This document shows positions 37,036 to 50,460 of a stretch of DNA of 64,000 bases, piece after piece. The stretch is from Felis catus. Its lineage: Eukaryota. Numbering within the stretch: the first letter of the stretch is position 1; every line of letters begins with the position of its first letter. Where the stretch lies: positions 154,258,001-154,322,000 of the forward strand of contig NC_058368.1 of NCBI RefSeq assembly GCF_018350175.1, in the 5' to 3' direction. The position numbers and the translations under genes are program-made. The notes beneath the pieces were generated by a model. That model saw nothing but the letters and a program-made list of their open reading frames with translations. It was not told the DNA's origin and ran no database searches.

Positions 37036-38956
37036 GCATTATAAGTGTGTGTGCATATAATTTTAAAAGAATGTCATAATATTTTAAAAGTAACAAGAAA
37101 CCTCAGAAAATGAAATTCTAAGTCGGTTTCCTGAACAGCAGTGCAAAGATGTGTTTTTAGGAAAAATTAAGAGCATATGTTCCAGAATTTAGGTCTAATT
37201 TGCAATGAATTGCTTCAGTAAAACCACTTATATCAGTATTGTTAATCTTAATGCTTACAAGCGACCCACATTTTAATAATCCAGACCATCAGTTGAGTAG
37301 AAATCTCTTTTTTTTTAATTAAGAATGTTTGACCACAAGAGGGAGTTCCTTGCCAACTGTTTGTTTATCCTGAACAGCTATTGCAGGCCTGAATTTACAA
37401 AGAAAAATACCTTAAAATACATTTAGTCTTTGCTTTTAGGCTAAGAAAATAATGACAATCTACTTAAGTTTAGGCTTTCATGAATTTCCAGAATGAAATA
37501 TTTGCATTCTGAAATTCTCAGGCTAATATACTAGCATTTTTCAGGAATGAAGTAATGTGCCATGATTTTGAAAGTGCTTCCAAATTTGCACCTGCAAAAT
37601 TTTGGTGCACCAGTTTGTGAACTAAATCTACATTGATGCACGGAGCTGCTTTTCAGGGCAGAGATTATGTTACTGTACATCAATTTCCTGAATTTGTGTG
37701 AGTAAAGATAGTTTGTCAATGTAAACCTATGCACGCATTGTTGCTGAATTTGGTAGCATCAGTGAATAGAGTGTAAGATAAGGAATGTGACTTTCAAAAT
37801 ACAAAATTAACATCTTTAAAGAGAAAAAAATGTTTTAACTACCGAGCTCCTTAGAATATAAATAAAGGCTATTTTCTTTGTTACTAGGTGCATAATATAC
37901 ACAATAACTCACCCATCTATTAGGAAACTAAAATCATTTCCTACCTCACAACTATTTGTCTTAAAATTATGTGTGACTCAGAGCATCCCAGTAAAATGTG
38001 CACTGATACAACTTTGAAAACTAGAAAATGCTGGTAGTTATTTAGTACTGTTGCGTGCTTCTTTTCACGTAAGGTGAAACAGTAGGGCTGTTTTAAAACT
38101 TGTAAATTATTCCCCCTAGGAATGTGATTTCTGTTATGATTATCCCCAAAGTGTTACACTACAACATCCACAAGTTGTGTTGTTCCACAGTGTCCTTCCC
38201 CATCTGATGATTAAAGCAACAATTGCCTCCAGGTCAAAACAAATGGACATTTAGAGATCGATACTCCAGCAGTACATATTGAGATAATTAATAAGTGTAT
38301 CAGTGGTAAATGCAGTAATTTTGGCAAAACTTATTTGGAGAAAATGACCACATCTCCCGTGTGTTCCTGGTGTGCCTTTATGGCACTGGCTATAAATAGG
38401 GGATATGGGGAAAGAAAATACCAGTAATTCTTTTTGCTGTTCCCTCCCACCCCCTATGGTTCTTAGGATTGTATTATTTTAAACCATTTTTGACACATTT
38501 GACCACATGAAGTCATGCATTTTTAAGAGCTATTCCTTTTACAGTAACTTGAACTGACAAGTCAGGAAAGCAGGCTTCTTTGGTGACCCAAGTAGTCATG
38601 CAGTTCACTGAATGAGTTTTCCCCACCTGTTTCCAACACAAACACAGTGAGGAACAAAAGGATAGTGCAAATATACGTATATTCAAGAGTAAGAATTCAA
38701 GAGGAATAAAATGCAGGGTAAGTCACTAGACACTGTGAAAGCACATACACACAAATTATAGACAGAAAGATGTTTGAAATAAATATTCTTTGTTAGTGTA
38801 GGGAGGAAGTCATGGTATATCCTTCCTTTAAGTCTGAGATCAAAGTCAAGATGACATTAAGCTGGAGAAATGAAAAATCTTGCTCATTTTTCCCACAAGT
38901 GGTTGTAGGATACACCATGTTATACTCTGTGAAGTAGGAGGGTAGGCATGTTTCCT

Positions 38957-38959
<3 letters not shown>

Positions 38960-39049
<90 letters not shown>
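38960..39049. repeat. Compound (CT)n(CA)n microsatellite
   Basis: Direct reading. Confidence 0.97.
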
Positions 39050-39052
<3 letters not shown>

Positions 39053-39223
39053 ACACCATGCATATACTCTTCTTTGGGGTTAGTAATATGGAGATCCTCA
39101 GGGGATATATTGACAATATGCCTAGCACTAAAACTCAGTGAAAACATCTGGATGTTTTGGTCTCCATAATGTAAAAGATCCAGATGTTTGAAAATATGCT
39201 CACTGAATGATGTGTATTTGTGT

Positions 39224-39224
<1 letters not shown>

Positions 39225-39268
<44 letters not shown>
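39225..39268. repeat. (GT)n microsatellite
   Basis: Direct reading. Confidence 0.97.
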
Positions 39269-39269
<1 letters not shown>

Positions 39270-39707
39270 GTATAATCATTTGTCACTACTTGGTATCATG
39301 AAGATAAAACCTTTATGTACACATTTTATCATTATGAAGCATAATGATTTCCTGAACTTACTCATAATGCTTTAACACATTTACTTTTTGAACATTTTAT
39401 TTCGGTAGGTACCTCACATTATCTCTCTATTCATATTTGAAGGTAAAGTAGGGATCACATCAGTTATCTGGAAGAATGCTTAAAGATCAATAAGTCAGGG
39501 TCTTAAATTTAACAGAATGAAACAATGAAAAGTAAGAGAGGCACATAGAGTGACTTGCTCATAGGTCCATTTCCATCTAGCTCTTTCAAAGTTGACCTAA
39601 CTCACAAATTCTTAACTTAGCATCTTTACTTGGTAGGAAGGTATTCTGACAGAAAGGGAAAAGGATTTCAGCCTAAAGAGTTGCACTAAGAATTTCATGT
39701 GTATTAA

Positions 39708-39921
39708 CTTTTATTTTTTAATGTTTATTCATCTTTGAGACACAGAGACAGAGCATGAGCAGGGGAGGGGCAGAGAGAGAGGGAGACACAGAATCTGAAG
39801 CAGACTCCAGGCTCTGAGCTGTCAGCACAGAGCCCGACGCGGGGCTCGAACTCACGAACTGCGAGATCATGACCTGAGCCAAAGTCGGGCGCTCAACCGA
39901 CTGAGCCACCCAGGTGCTCCC
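39708..39921 (-). mobile_element. CAN-SINE (SINEC_Fc-like)
   Basis: Full body; flanking repeat catgtgtat on both sides. Confidence 0.96.
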
Positions 39922-41269
39922 ATGTGTATATGAATTTTTAAGAAGGGATGACATGTTATTCTTTCTAGTAATGTCTTGGTTTGACTTTATTGATAAATTT
40001 TAAATATCAGTGCTATTGATGCCTTTGTTATCTTATGACATTTGCAAATTTTGATTTCACAACACATTTTACATCCAAACACAGTAAACACATTTCCATT
40101 AATCAATATGAATCCCCAAATAAGAGCATACAACTTCCTAGCTCTAAGTTCCAAGCCAGGGAAGGTGAATAAGTTTTTTAGCTCCAAATATCTTAGATAA
40201 ATTCTAATAAGCTGTTCAAAAAAGCCTGGTTTAAAATATGCCAAAATATCCACATGCTTCCACTGAACTCAGGGCTTCACTTAATACTGCAAAAAGCTAT
40301 CTTTAATAGCTATTGGATGCTCAGCAGGATAAGCAAGGCTGGGATTAGAGATAATGATACTTGTTGGAACGGCAGGGAGGCAGAGGAGAAAGTGATCGGC
40401 CTCCCTTGGCTTTGTAACAGCATATTGGGAAGAAACTTATATGCAGAAGGACATGATACTAGACAGTGATAAACTTGATAATATAAATATTTCTTTTTTT
40501 ATTATGTTGATCTGAGCAAGTGATTTCAAATTTAAATATACTGTTAAAATACATTGTTAAGTCTCTTCATATGGGTGCCTTCTTTTTTCTAAGTTCTTGT
40601 CTACATTCTATTTCAATTCTTGTCATCTAAATATTGGTGTACTGATAATGTTTCCTAAGTGATTGTCCAACTCTCACGACCTCTCCAAAATACTCCAAAC
40701 GAATTGGGGAAGTCAGACTGATCTTTGTAATGGGTTGCTATGATTGCGTTACTTTCTTATTCTGAAACTTAGAGACTTTGTTCTCATATTAAAGAAAACA
40801 GATGTCATACACTGGCATTTCAGTTCCCCTCCTAGAAGATATCAGCATATTTTCTTTCTTTCTTTCGTTCGTTTTTATGAGTTTTGTTGTTGTTTGTTTT
40901 TTAACTAACATTGCTCCTTTGTGAAACACTCTTTGAACTACTGTGACCTTTTGGTCTCTTGTATCACAAAGATAATTTTACTAGAAAAAAATATCCATAC
41001 CTTGCCTAAGGAAAGGTATCCACAATTTAAGGCCTATATCAATGAGCCTGTGTTCTATAAGTTTTCTCCACATCTGGTGTGAATGGATCCTCTACTGCTC
41101 ACTTCCTCCTAGTGCTTTGTTTGTACACAGATATCTGTGTATAGGTTCTCCCTCCCCTTCACATTTTACTCCCTCCTTTGGCACAAACCATGTCATATCT
41201 AACTTTATCTTAAAAAACTACCTATTTGCTACATAAAATAAGCCACATAAGTTCTTTGCAAATTGATGA

Positions 41270-41565
41270 ATTAGTCAGTATTTGAATAAAGTCATAAATT
41301 GCATAGTTATTTCTTTTGACCAGAGGTCATAGCTCTCATTGGGAGGGCCTCTCCCAAGCTCTCTCTCCAGGTTCCAAAACGCTCTCTTCCTCCTGCCCTT
41401 TAGACCTAGTGTGGTACAAAATCTGTTACTGAGAGCAAGAGGCTGAAGTGTTTCTTGTGGTCTCGCCCCTTCCACTCATGTCATAGGTAATCCTTAAAGT
41501 AAACTGTCTTCAAACTTGCCTAATTAATGGAATCATCTATTTTCTGAAAGGATTCTCAGTGATAA
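41270..41565 (+). mobile_element. Possible ancient ERVL-class LTR remnant
   Basis: End taaactgtcttcaaacttgcctaatt..catctattttctg resembles old LTR 3' ends; family not assignable. Confidence 0.35.
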
Positions 41566-42559
41566 GTCTACAAATGTGCATGTATTTTTGGGATACGCTC
41601 ATTGCATATCTACAAAATGATAATTCTCAACAGCCATAGGGACTTAGATAAACTAACAGATGACTATCTTTTATCAAGAGTATTGTAAAAACAATCTGAA
41701 TTAATTCAGTCACCAATAACACTATTAAATGTGTGAGCATTAGTTTAGGTTGGCTTTTAGCCATTATTATATAACAAAGAAAACAACTATCTATAAATAT
41801 TTGTCCTTTTCAGAGTATAGAGTTACTGGAACTATTCATAAACTATGCACAGCCAATGTCTATTTCCAATTAATGCCTAAAGTCAAGAGACTAGTCGTTC
41901 AGTTTCATACTTCTGAATCATACTTGTATCCTTGATTTAAAAAAACAAAACAAAACTTTGACATCACTTAAACTGCTTGCCAGCCTAAAGTTGCCGAACT
42001 CATTTGTTATTCATCCACACATAAGCAACACTTATTGTAACATTGTTCTTTAATATGTGTATATTGCCTAGTGTCTTGTTAGAAGATACAGAGACCTGAT
42101 ATTAATAAGCAGCATGCAGTTTATTGAGAGCTGGTATGGCGAAACCATTAATAACACATTTACTTGAAGTAATTCTTTGGAAGTTTGTCAAGAATGAAAA
42201 TGGACCAATCTTATACATAGTATTGGTCTTCTGGTAGCAAACCACACAAAATCCACAAATATAAAATGTTGCAATAAACCAGTTCTCTATCTTAAGACAA
42301 CATTAACACATTCTTGCAAATTCAATTCAAAAGACTTGTATTTTAAAAGGAAACATTTTTTTTGTTAGTATGTTTAAATGATTTTCTACAGCTAAAATAT
42401 GGCTGAACCAATTTGAATCCAATTTTGTAATTAAAAATTGCTCTCCCTCTGTGAACTTGCAGTAATGTTTCATCCAAAAGCAGATTATTACAACCGAATT
42501 ATGAACTCCTAAAAAGAAGGGGGGCATTATAAATGGAAACACCCACACAACCTTAAGTA

Positions 42560-42675
42560 CAATATAGCAATGCAAACAGCATTGCTCTAATGACAGTAAT
42601 CCTGCTTGCCTTAGCCGTATTCATGCAAATGACAATTTAGTACAGATGTGGCACACATTTGCATGGTTAATGGCA
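42560..42675. promoter_or_regulatory. Candidate enhancer: inverted octamer pair with Sox-like and E-box motifs
   Basis: ATGCAAAT 42623-42630, ACAAT 42632-42636, CAGATG 42643-42648, ATTTGCAT 42657-42664 in non-repetitive DNA; motif evidence only. Confidence 0.4.
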
Positions 42676-43177
42676 TCATTTTTTTCTCCTTTTCTACTCC
42701 TCTATAGTATGATCAGCTGTTATGCTTAACATTACAAATTCTATGTGCTGTTCTTAACATTAGTGGAAACATAAGGCTGGTAGTTTCCTTGTCAGTGATT
42801 TAACTAAAACATGCATGAGCACAAAAAAATCATGAGGTGTAGGAAGAGGGATGAAGGTGGAAAGAGGTAGTTAGTGCCTGGCTGATGCTTTCTGCTTATA
42901 AGAGATTTCCTTTCATGGATGGTTCCGGGATTTATTCAGATTTTAATACCTGAAAAACCTCCATAGTTTACCTCTGTTTCAACTACAAATCCATAATATT
43001 CCACATATAAACTGAACTTATATAATAGTTTCCTCACCAGATTTATGTATACATCTCTAGCATGCATTTGTAAATATGCATTTCAATCCATGCAGAGAAC
43101 ACTTATTCTTTGTAAGATTGATGAAAATAAATATGAAAATATTGGCAGTCTAAGAGGGTATTAGACACAAAACAGTA

Positions 43178-43390
43178 TTTTTTTAAAGTTTATTTCTTTA
43201 GTTTGAGAGAGAGCATAAGTGAGCAGTGGATGAAGGGTGGCAGAGAGAGAAAGAGAGAGAGAGTCCCAAGCAGACTTTGTGCTGTCAGAACAGATCTGGA
43301 TGTGGGGCTTGATCTCATGAACTGGAAGATCATGATCTCAGTCAAAATCAGTAACTAGAGGCTTAACTAACTGAGCCACCCAGGAGTCCC
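43178..43390 (-). mobile_element. Older CAN-SINE
   Basis: Diverged full body ending ctgagccacccaggagtccc. Confidence 0.93.
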
Positions 43391-43789
43391 AAATATTTTT
43401 TCTTGTTATCAAACATATCAAACACACACATACATACACACAGAGAGAAAGAGAAGAGAGAGGCAGAAGAGGAAAAGCTAAATGTTATTTTATGGTGAAC
43501 ACAAATCAGTTTACTTTGTCTAATGTGACGCTGTAATAAAATTTTTAATTGTCTGATTTTGAAGAATTGTAGTTTTCTTCATGTTCATTTTTAAATATAA
43601 CATTTTACATGTTAATTTTTCTCATCACCTTACTAAATTTCACATTTATATTAGTTATTAAACATAACAATTAAAAGGAGCCCTAATTCTCAAATATATT
43701 CTTATTTTCACCATTCTTCTTACTTACTTTACTTTCCCCAGAAGCCATATAATACACATGTTATCATTTCCAACTGTCCAAAAACACTT

Positions 43790-44799
43790 TTTAAATTTTT
43801 TGTAATTTTAATTCCAATATAATTCCGATAATTGACATACAGTGTTATATTAGTTTCAGGTGTGCAGTATAGTGATTCAGCAATTGTATACGTTGCTCAT
43901 TGCTCATTATGATGAGTGTATTCTTAATCCCCTTCGCTAATTTCACCCAATCACACCCATCCACCATCAGTGGGTAACCATAATTAAGAGTCTGTTTCTT
44001 AGTGTCTCGGGGTTTTGTTTTTGTTTTTGGTGGTGGTTATTTGTTTTGATTTCTTAAATTCCACTTAAGAGGGAAATCATATGGTATGTGTCTTTCTCTG
44101 ACATTTCATTTAGCTTTCTAGTCTCTATAATCCATGTTTTTGCAAACGGTAAGGTTTCCTCTTTTTTTGGCTGATTAATATTCCTTCGAATATATACATA
44201 CCACTTATTCTTTAGCCATTCATACATTGCTAGACACTTGGGCTGCTTCCATAATTTGGCTACTATAAATTATGCTGCAATAAACATAGGGGTGCATATA
44301 TTTTTTTTTAATTTTTTTCAACGTTTATTTATTTTTGGGACAGAGAGAGACAGAGCATGAACAGGGGAGGGGCAGAAAGAGAGGGAGACACAGAATCAGA
44401 AACAGGCTCCAGGCTCCGAGCCATCAGCCCAGAGCCTGACGCGGGGCTCGAACTCACGGACCGCGAGATCGTGACCTGGCTGAAGTCGGACGCTTAACCG
44501 ACTGCGCCACCCAGGCGCCCCCATATATTTTTTAAATTAGTGTTATTGTATTCTTTGGGTAAATGCGCACTAATGAAATTACTGGACCCTATGGTACTTC
44601 TATTTTTATTTCTTTTGGGGAGGGACTCCTTACTGTCTTCCACAGTGGCTGCACCAGTTTGCATTGCCACCAAAAGTACATGAGGGTTGATTTTTTTCTT
44701 CATCCTTACCAACAATTATTGCTTCTTGTGTTTTTTTTTTTTTTTTCCCTTTTTTCTTATTTTAGCCACGGTGATTAATGAGTTGTTATCTCATTGTAT
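43790..44799 (-). mobile_element. Carnivore LINE-1 3' end (host of the next L1)
   Basis: 3'UTR gttatattagtttcaggtgtgcag.. through ORF2 C-terminal sequence (ttccacagtggctgcaccagtttgcatt), ending at tctcattgta. Confidence 0.88.
44301..44521 (-). mobile_element. Young CpG-rich SINEC_Fc
   Basis: TSD catatatttttt at 44295-44306 and 44522-44533. Confidence 0.97.
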
Positions 44800-45179
44800 T
44801 TTTTTTCAGATTTTTATTTAAATTCTGTTTAGTTAACACACAATGCAATATTGGTTTCAGGAATAGAATTCAGCAATTCATTACTTAAATACACTACCTA
44901 GTGCTTGTCATAACAAGTGTCCTGCTTAGTACACATCACCCATCTAGCTCATCTCCCATTCCTCTCCCTCTATCAACCCCCAGTTTGTTTTCTATATTTA
45001 CAGACTCTCATGGTTGGTTTTCCTCTTTCTTCCCCCACCCCCAATACGTTCACCTATTTTGTTTCTTAAATTCCACATATAAATGAATTTGTATGGTATT
45101 TGTCTTTCTCTGATTTACTTTGCTTAGCATAATTCACTCTAGCTCAATCAATTCATTTCAAATGGCAAGATTTCATACT

Positions 45180-45203
45180 TTTGTCTCTAAGTTGATTTAT
45201 TTT

Positions 45204-45234
<31 letters not shown>

Positions 45235-45397
45235 TGAGCACAAGCAGGGGAGAGGCAGAGAGAGAGGGAGAATCCTAAGTAGGCTCTGCACTGTCAGTAT
45301 GGAACCTGATGTGGGGTTTGAATTCATGAACCATGAAACTGTGACATGAGCTAAAATCAAGAGTCAGATGCTTAGCCTACTGAGACACCCAGGCACC
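45180..45397 (-). mobile_element. Older CAN-SINE nested in L1
   Basis: Diverged TSD caagatttcatacttt / caagattacattcttt. Confidence 0.93.
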
Positions 45398-45435
45398 ACA
45401 AGATTACATTCTTTTTGATCACTAATATTCCATTT

Positions 45436-45445
45436 ATACACACAT

Positions 45446-45516
<71 letters not shown>

Positions 45517-45540
45517 TATACATGCACACACACACACACC
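45436..45540. repeat. Compound (CA)n(TA)n(CA)n microsatellite in L1
   Basis: Direct reading. Confidence 0.96.
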
Positions 45541-48500
45541 ACATCTTCATTATCCATTCATCAGTCAATGTACATTTGGGCTTTCTCCATAGCTTAGCTA
45601 TTGTTGATAATGCTGCTATAAACATTGGGGTGCATGTTTCTGCTTTGAATCTGTATTTTAGTATCCTTTGGATAATACCTAGTAGTGGAATAGCTGGATT
45701 ATATGGTATTTCTACTTGTAAATTTTTGAGGAACCTCCATATTGTTATCCAGAGTGGCTATAACACTGCATTCCCACCAACAGTGCAAAAGGGTTCCCCT
45801 TTCTCCACATCCTCATCAATACCTGTTGTTTCTTGTGTTGTTAATTTTAGCCATTCTGACAACCGTGAGGTCATATGTCATTATGAAAACCATAATGCAT
45901 TTCCTGAATAAGTGATGTTGAGCATCTTTTCATGTGTCTATTAGCCATCTGTATGTCTTCTTTGGAGAAGTGTCTGTTCATGTTGTCTGCCCATTTCTTT
46001 TTTGGAATGTATGTTTTTTGGGTATTTGCCAAGTTCTTTATAGATTGTGGATACTAATTCTTGATCAGTTATGTCATTCACAAGTACCTTCTCTCATTCC
46101 CTAGGTTGTCTTTTTGTTTTGTTGTTTCCTTCTCTGCACAGAAAATTTTTCTCTTACTGAAGTGCCAACGGTTTGTTTTTGCTTTTGTTTCCCTTGTCTC
46201 GAGTGGCGTATCTTGTAATAAGTTGCTATGGGTGATGTCAAAGAGATTTACTGCCTGTGTTCTCCTCTAGAATGTTTATGGTTTCCTGCCTCAAATTTAG
46301 GTCTTTCCTCTATTTTGAATTTAGTTTTGTTGTATGATGTAAGAAAGTGGTCATTTTCATTCTTTTGCATCTTGCCATCCAGTTTTTCCAACACCATTTG
46401 TTGAAGAGACTTTTTTCCCTTGTGCATTCTTTCCTGCTTTGTCAAGGATTAGTTGACCATATAGTTATGTGTCCATTTCTGGGTTTTCTATTCTGTACCA
46501 TGGATCTATGGGTCTATTTTCGTGCCAGTACCATACTGTTTTGAGGACTACAGCTTTGTAATATAACTTGAACTCCAGAATTATGATGCCCACAGTTTTT
46601 TTTTTGTTGTTGTTTTTTTGAAGATTTTTTGGTAATTCAGGGTCTTCGTGGTTCCATATAAATTTTAGGATTGTTTATTCTAGTTCTGTGAAAAATGTTG
46701 GTGGCATTTTGGTAGGGATTGCATTAACTGTGTAGATTGCTTTGGTTAGTATAGACATTTTAACAGTGTTTGTTCTTCCAATCCATGAACAAGGATTTTT
46801 TTTCCCATTTTTTGTGTCCTCTTCAATTTCTTTCATAGATACTGTATAATTTTCAGAGTACAGATCTTTTACCTCTTTAGTTTGGTTTATTCCTTGGTAT
46901 CTAATTGGTTTTGATGCAATTGCAAATGGGATATATTCCTTTCTTTGTTTTTCTGCTCCTTCATTATTGGTGCATAGAAATGCAGCCAGTTTCTGAACAT
47001 TGATTTTATATCCTATGGCTGAATTCATGTATTAGTTCCAGCAATTTTTCAGTGGAGTCTTTTGGGTGTTCTAAATAGAATATCATGTCCTCTGCAAATA
47101 GTGAAAGTTTGACTTCTTCCTTGCTAGTTTGGATGCCTTTTATTTCTTTTTGTTGACTGCTGAGGCTAAGACTTCCTGTATTGTGTTAAATAATAATGGT
47201 GAAAGTGGACATCCTTGGCTTGTTCCTGACCATAGGGGAAAAGCTCTCAGTTTTTTCCCATTGAGGATGATATTAGCTGTGGGTCTTTCTTATATGGCCT
47301 TGATTTTGAGGTATGTTTTATCTGTCCCTACTTTGTTGAAAGTGTTTATCATGAATGGATGCTTTATTTTGTCAATGCTGATTCTGCATCTACTGAGAAT
47401 ATCATATGGTTCTTATCCTTTCTTTTATTAGTGTGGTATATCATGTTGATTGATTTGTGAATATTGAACTAGCTCTGTAGCCCAGGTATAAATCCCACTT
47501 GATCGTGGTGAATAATTCTTTTAATGTACTGTTGAATTTGATTTGCTAGTATCTTGTTGAGAATTTTTGCATCCATGTTCATGAGGGATATTGGCCTGTA
47601 ACTCTTCTTTTTAGTGTGGTCTTTGTCTGATTTTGGAATCAAGGTAATGCTGGCCTTGTAGAATGAGTTTGGAAGTTTTCTTTCCATTTCTATTTTTTGG
47701 AATAGTTTGAGAAGAATATGTATTAGCCCTTCTTTAAATTTCTGGTAGAATTCTCCTGGGAAGCTATTTAGCCCTGGACATTTGTTTATAAGGATATTTT
47801 TGATTCCTGATTCAATTTATTTGCTGGTTGCGGGTTTGTTCAAATTTACTATTTCTTCCATTTTGAGTTTTGGTAGTTCTTATGCTTCTAGAAATTTATC
47901 CATTTGTTCCAGGTTGCCCAGTGTATTGGCATACAATTTTTCATAATATTCTCTTATAATTGTTTGGATTTTTGTGATGTTGGTTGTGATCTCTCCACTT
48001 TGATTTGGATTTTACTTGGATCCTATTTTTTTTCTTTTTGATAAATCTAACTACATGAGGTTTATCTACCAGTATATGATATTTTAGAGAATGTTCTGTG
48101 TGCACTCAAAAAGAATGTATATTTTGTTGCCTTAGGATGCAATATTCTGACAATATCTATTAAGTTCATTCGGTCCAGTGTGTCATTCAAAGCCATTGTT
48201 TCATTGTTGATTTTCAGCTTGGATGATTTGTCCATTGTTGTAAGTGGGGTGTTACAGTCCCCTACTGTTATTGTATTGTTGCCAGTGAATTTCCTTATGT
48301 TTGTAATCAACTGATGTATATATTTGAGTGTTTTAAAGTTGGGGGCATAAATATTTACAATTGTTAGAATGTCTTAATGCATACACCCCTTAATTATCAT
48401 ATAATGCACTTCTTCAACTCTTCTTACAGTCTTTGTTTTAAAATCTAGTTTGTCTGACATATGTATGGCTATTCCAGTTTTCTTTTGTCATCCATTATCA

Positions 48501-49861
48501 TGATCGATAGTTCTATCCTCTAACTTTTAATCTGCTGATGTCTTTAGGCAAAAAATGTAGATTTTTTTTTTAAATCCATTCTCATACCTTGTGTATTTTC
48601 ATTGGAGCATTTAGTCCATTTATATTCAGAGTGATTACTGAAAGATATGAGTTTAGTAGCATTGTATTACCTGTAAAATTGTTGTTTCTGGTTACATTCT
48701 CTGTTCCTTTCTAATCTATCACTTTTGGTCTCCAACTCCCCCCCCCCCATACACACACCTAAAGAGTTCCCCTTAATATTTCTTGCAGGGCTGGTTTAGT
48801 GGTCATTAACTCCTTTAGTTTTTGTTTACCTGGGAAACTCTTTACCTCCCCTTGTATACTGAATGACAGTCTTGCTGGATATTCTTGGCTGCATATTATC
48901 CCATTCAGCACGTTGAATATATCTTGCCCCTTTTTTTTTCTGTACTGCCAAGTTTCTGTGGACAGATCTTTTGAGAACCTGATCTATCTTCACTTGTAAA
49001 TTAAAGACTTTTTTCTCTTGCTTATTTCAGGATTCTTTCCTTATCTGTGTATTTTGTGAATTTGACTATGATATGCCTAGGCAATGGCTGTATTTTGTTG
49101 AATTTAGTAAGAGTTCTCTGTGCTTCTTGGATTTTTATGTCTATATCCTTCCCAAAATTAGGGAAGTTTTCAGCTATAATTTACTCACATAAACCTTCTG
49201 TCACTTTTCTTTCTTTTCATCTTCTGGGACTCCTATGATACAAATATTGTTTCATTTTACTGAAACACTGAGTTTCCTAAGTCTACCTTTGTGATCTATT
49301 ACCTTTGTTTCTCTCTTCTTTTCAGCTTCATTATTTTCCATAATTTTATTTTCTATATCACTAATTCATTCCTCTGCTGTGTCCATTCTCACTGTCATGA
49401 CATCCATTCAGGTTTAAATCTTGGTTTTAGCATTTTTTAATTTCATCTGACTAAATTTTGGCTCTTTTTTCTCTTCAGTAAGGGACTCTCTAGAGTCCTC
49501 TATGTTTTTTAAAGCCCAGTTACAATCCTTATAATTATTGTTTGAAATTCTAGTTGAGACCTATTACTTATATCTGTACTAAATATAGTGATTAAATCCC
49601 TGGCCATCCTTTCTTTCTGTTCTTACTTTGGGATGCATTCTTCTGTCTTATCATTTGCAGGAAAAAATAATAACATAAAATAAAAATTATAAAAATAAAG
49701 GAAGATAGATCCTAATTGTGTTTTGGTTTGCTTGTTAAGAGAAGCTGGATAGAGAAAAGAAAAAAAAAAACTAAAAATTAAAAATAAAATAAAATAAAAC
49801 AAAAATTTGTTCTTTCTGTATCCAAGAAAAAACAAAAACCAAAACGGAAGCAAAAGAAAAA

Positions 49862-49910
49862 AATGAATGAATGAATGAATGAATGAATGAATGAATGAAT
49901 AAATAAATGA
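49862..49910. repeat. (TGAA)n tetranucleotide repeat
   Basis: Direct reading. Confidence 0.93.
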
Positions 49911-50460
49911 AGCTCAATGTAGTTGCCCCTAAAGCTGAAACTTTGCACCACCCTATGAGTAGTAGACTTAGTACATAGAATGGATTTTTGTGGAGGGGAC
50001 TGTTGCTCTAGTCTTCAAGCCATACTTGCCCTGGTGGAGATGTGCCTTGAGGGAGACAGGTTGGGGATTCATGTAACAGCTCTGTTCTCCACTTGGTGGC
50101 ACTTTTTAGCTCACTTGGTGGATTAGTGCTTGTGGGCTAATGGTGAAAATTACTTCAGCTCGTTCTCTATTCTCCTCATCTGTGGGAAGATTTCTCCCTC
50201 ATAGATGCACAACCATTTACCTGTTCTGTGTCCCCAGCTTCTGTCCATTCCCCACTTTCACCCTGTCTGTGTCCAAACTGTCTGCTGTCTGTCTGTCAGG
50301 TGTCACTGCCCTCCTGAATTTTCTCTCAGGCACAGCTGTTTCAAAATCTTATATTTTAGAGACCCCCATAGCTTGCGCTTGCATTAATCCTCTGAGGGAC
50401 GGTTTCATCGAGCTGTGGCCAGTACTAGCTTGTCCCAGAAAATGGTAGTGTGACCCAGCC

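Larger units (their letters stand above)
44800..50460 (-). mobile_element. Near-full-length decayed carnivore LINE-1 (3'UTR, ORF2, ORF1, part of 5'UTR)
   Basis: ORFs 46675..47028, 47469..47687 and 48062..48310 are ORF2 pieces; RT motif [10 protein letters not shown] at 47082-47112(-); internal deletion near 48060; GC-richer 5'UTR at 49900-50460. Confidence 0.92.

Noticed and set aside
38793..39279. ORFs with ER, CV and HT repeats (also IY repeats at 15093, 45372, 55696)
   Set aside because: Microsatellite translations
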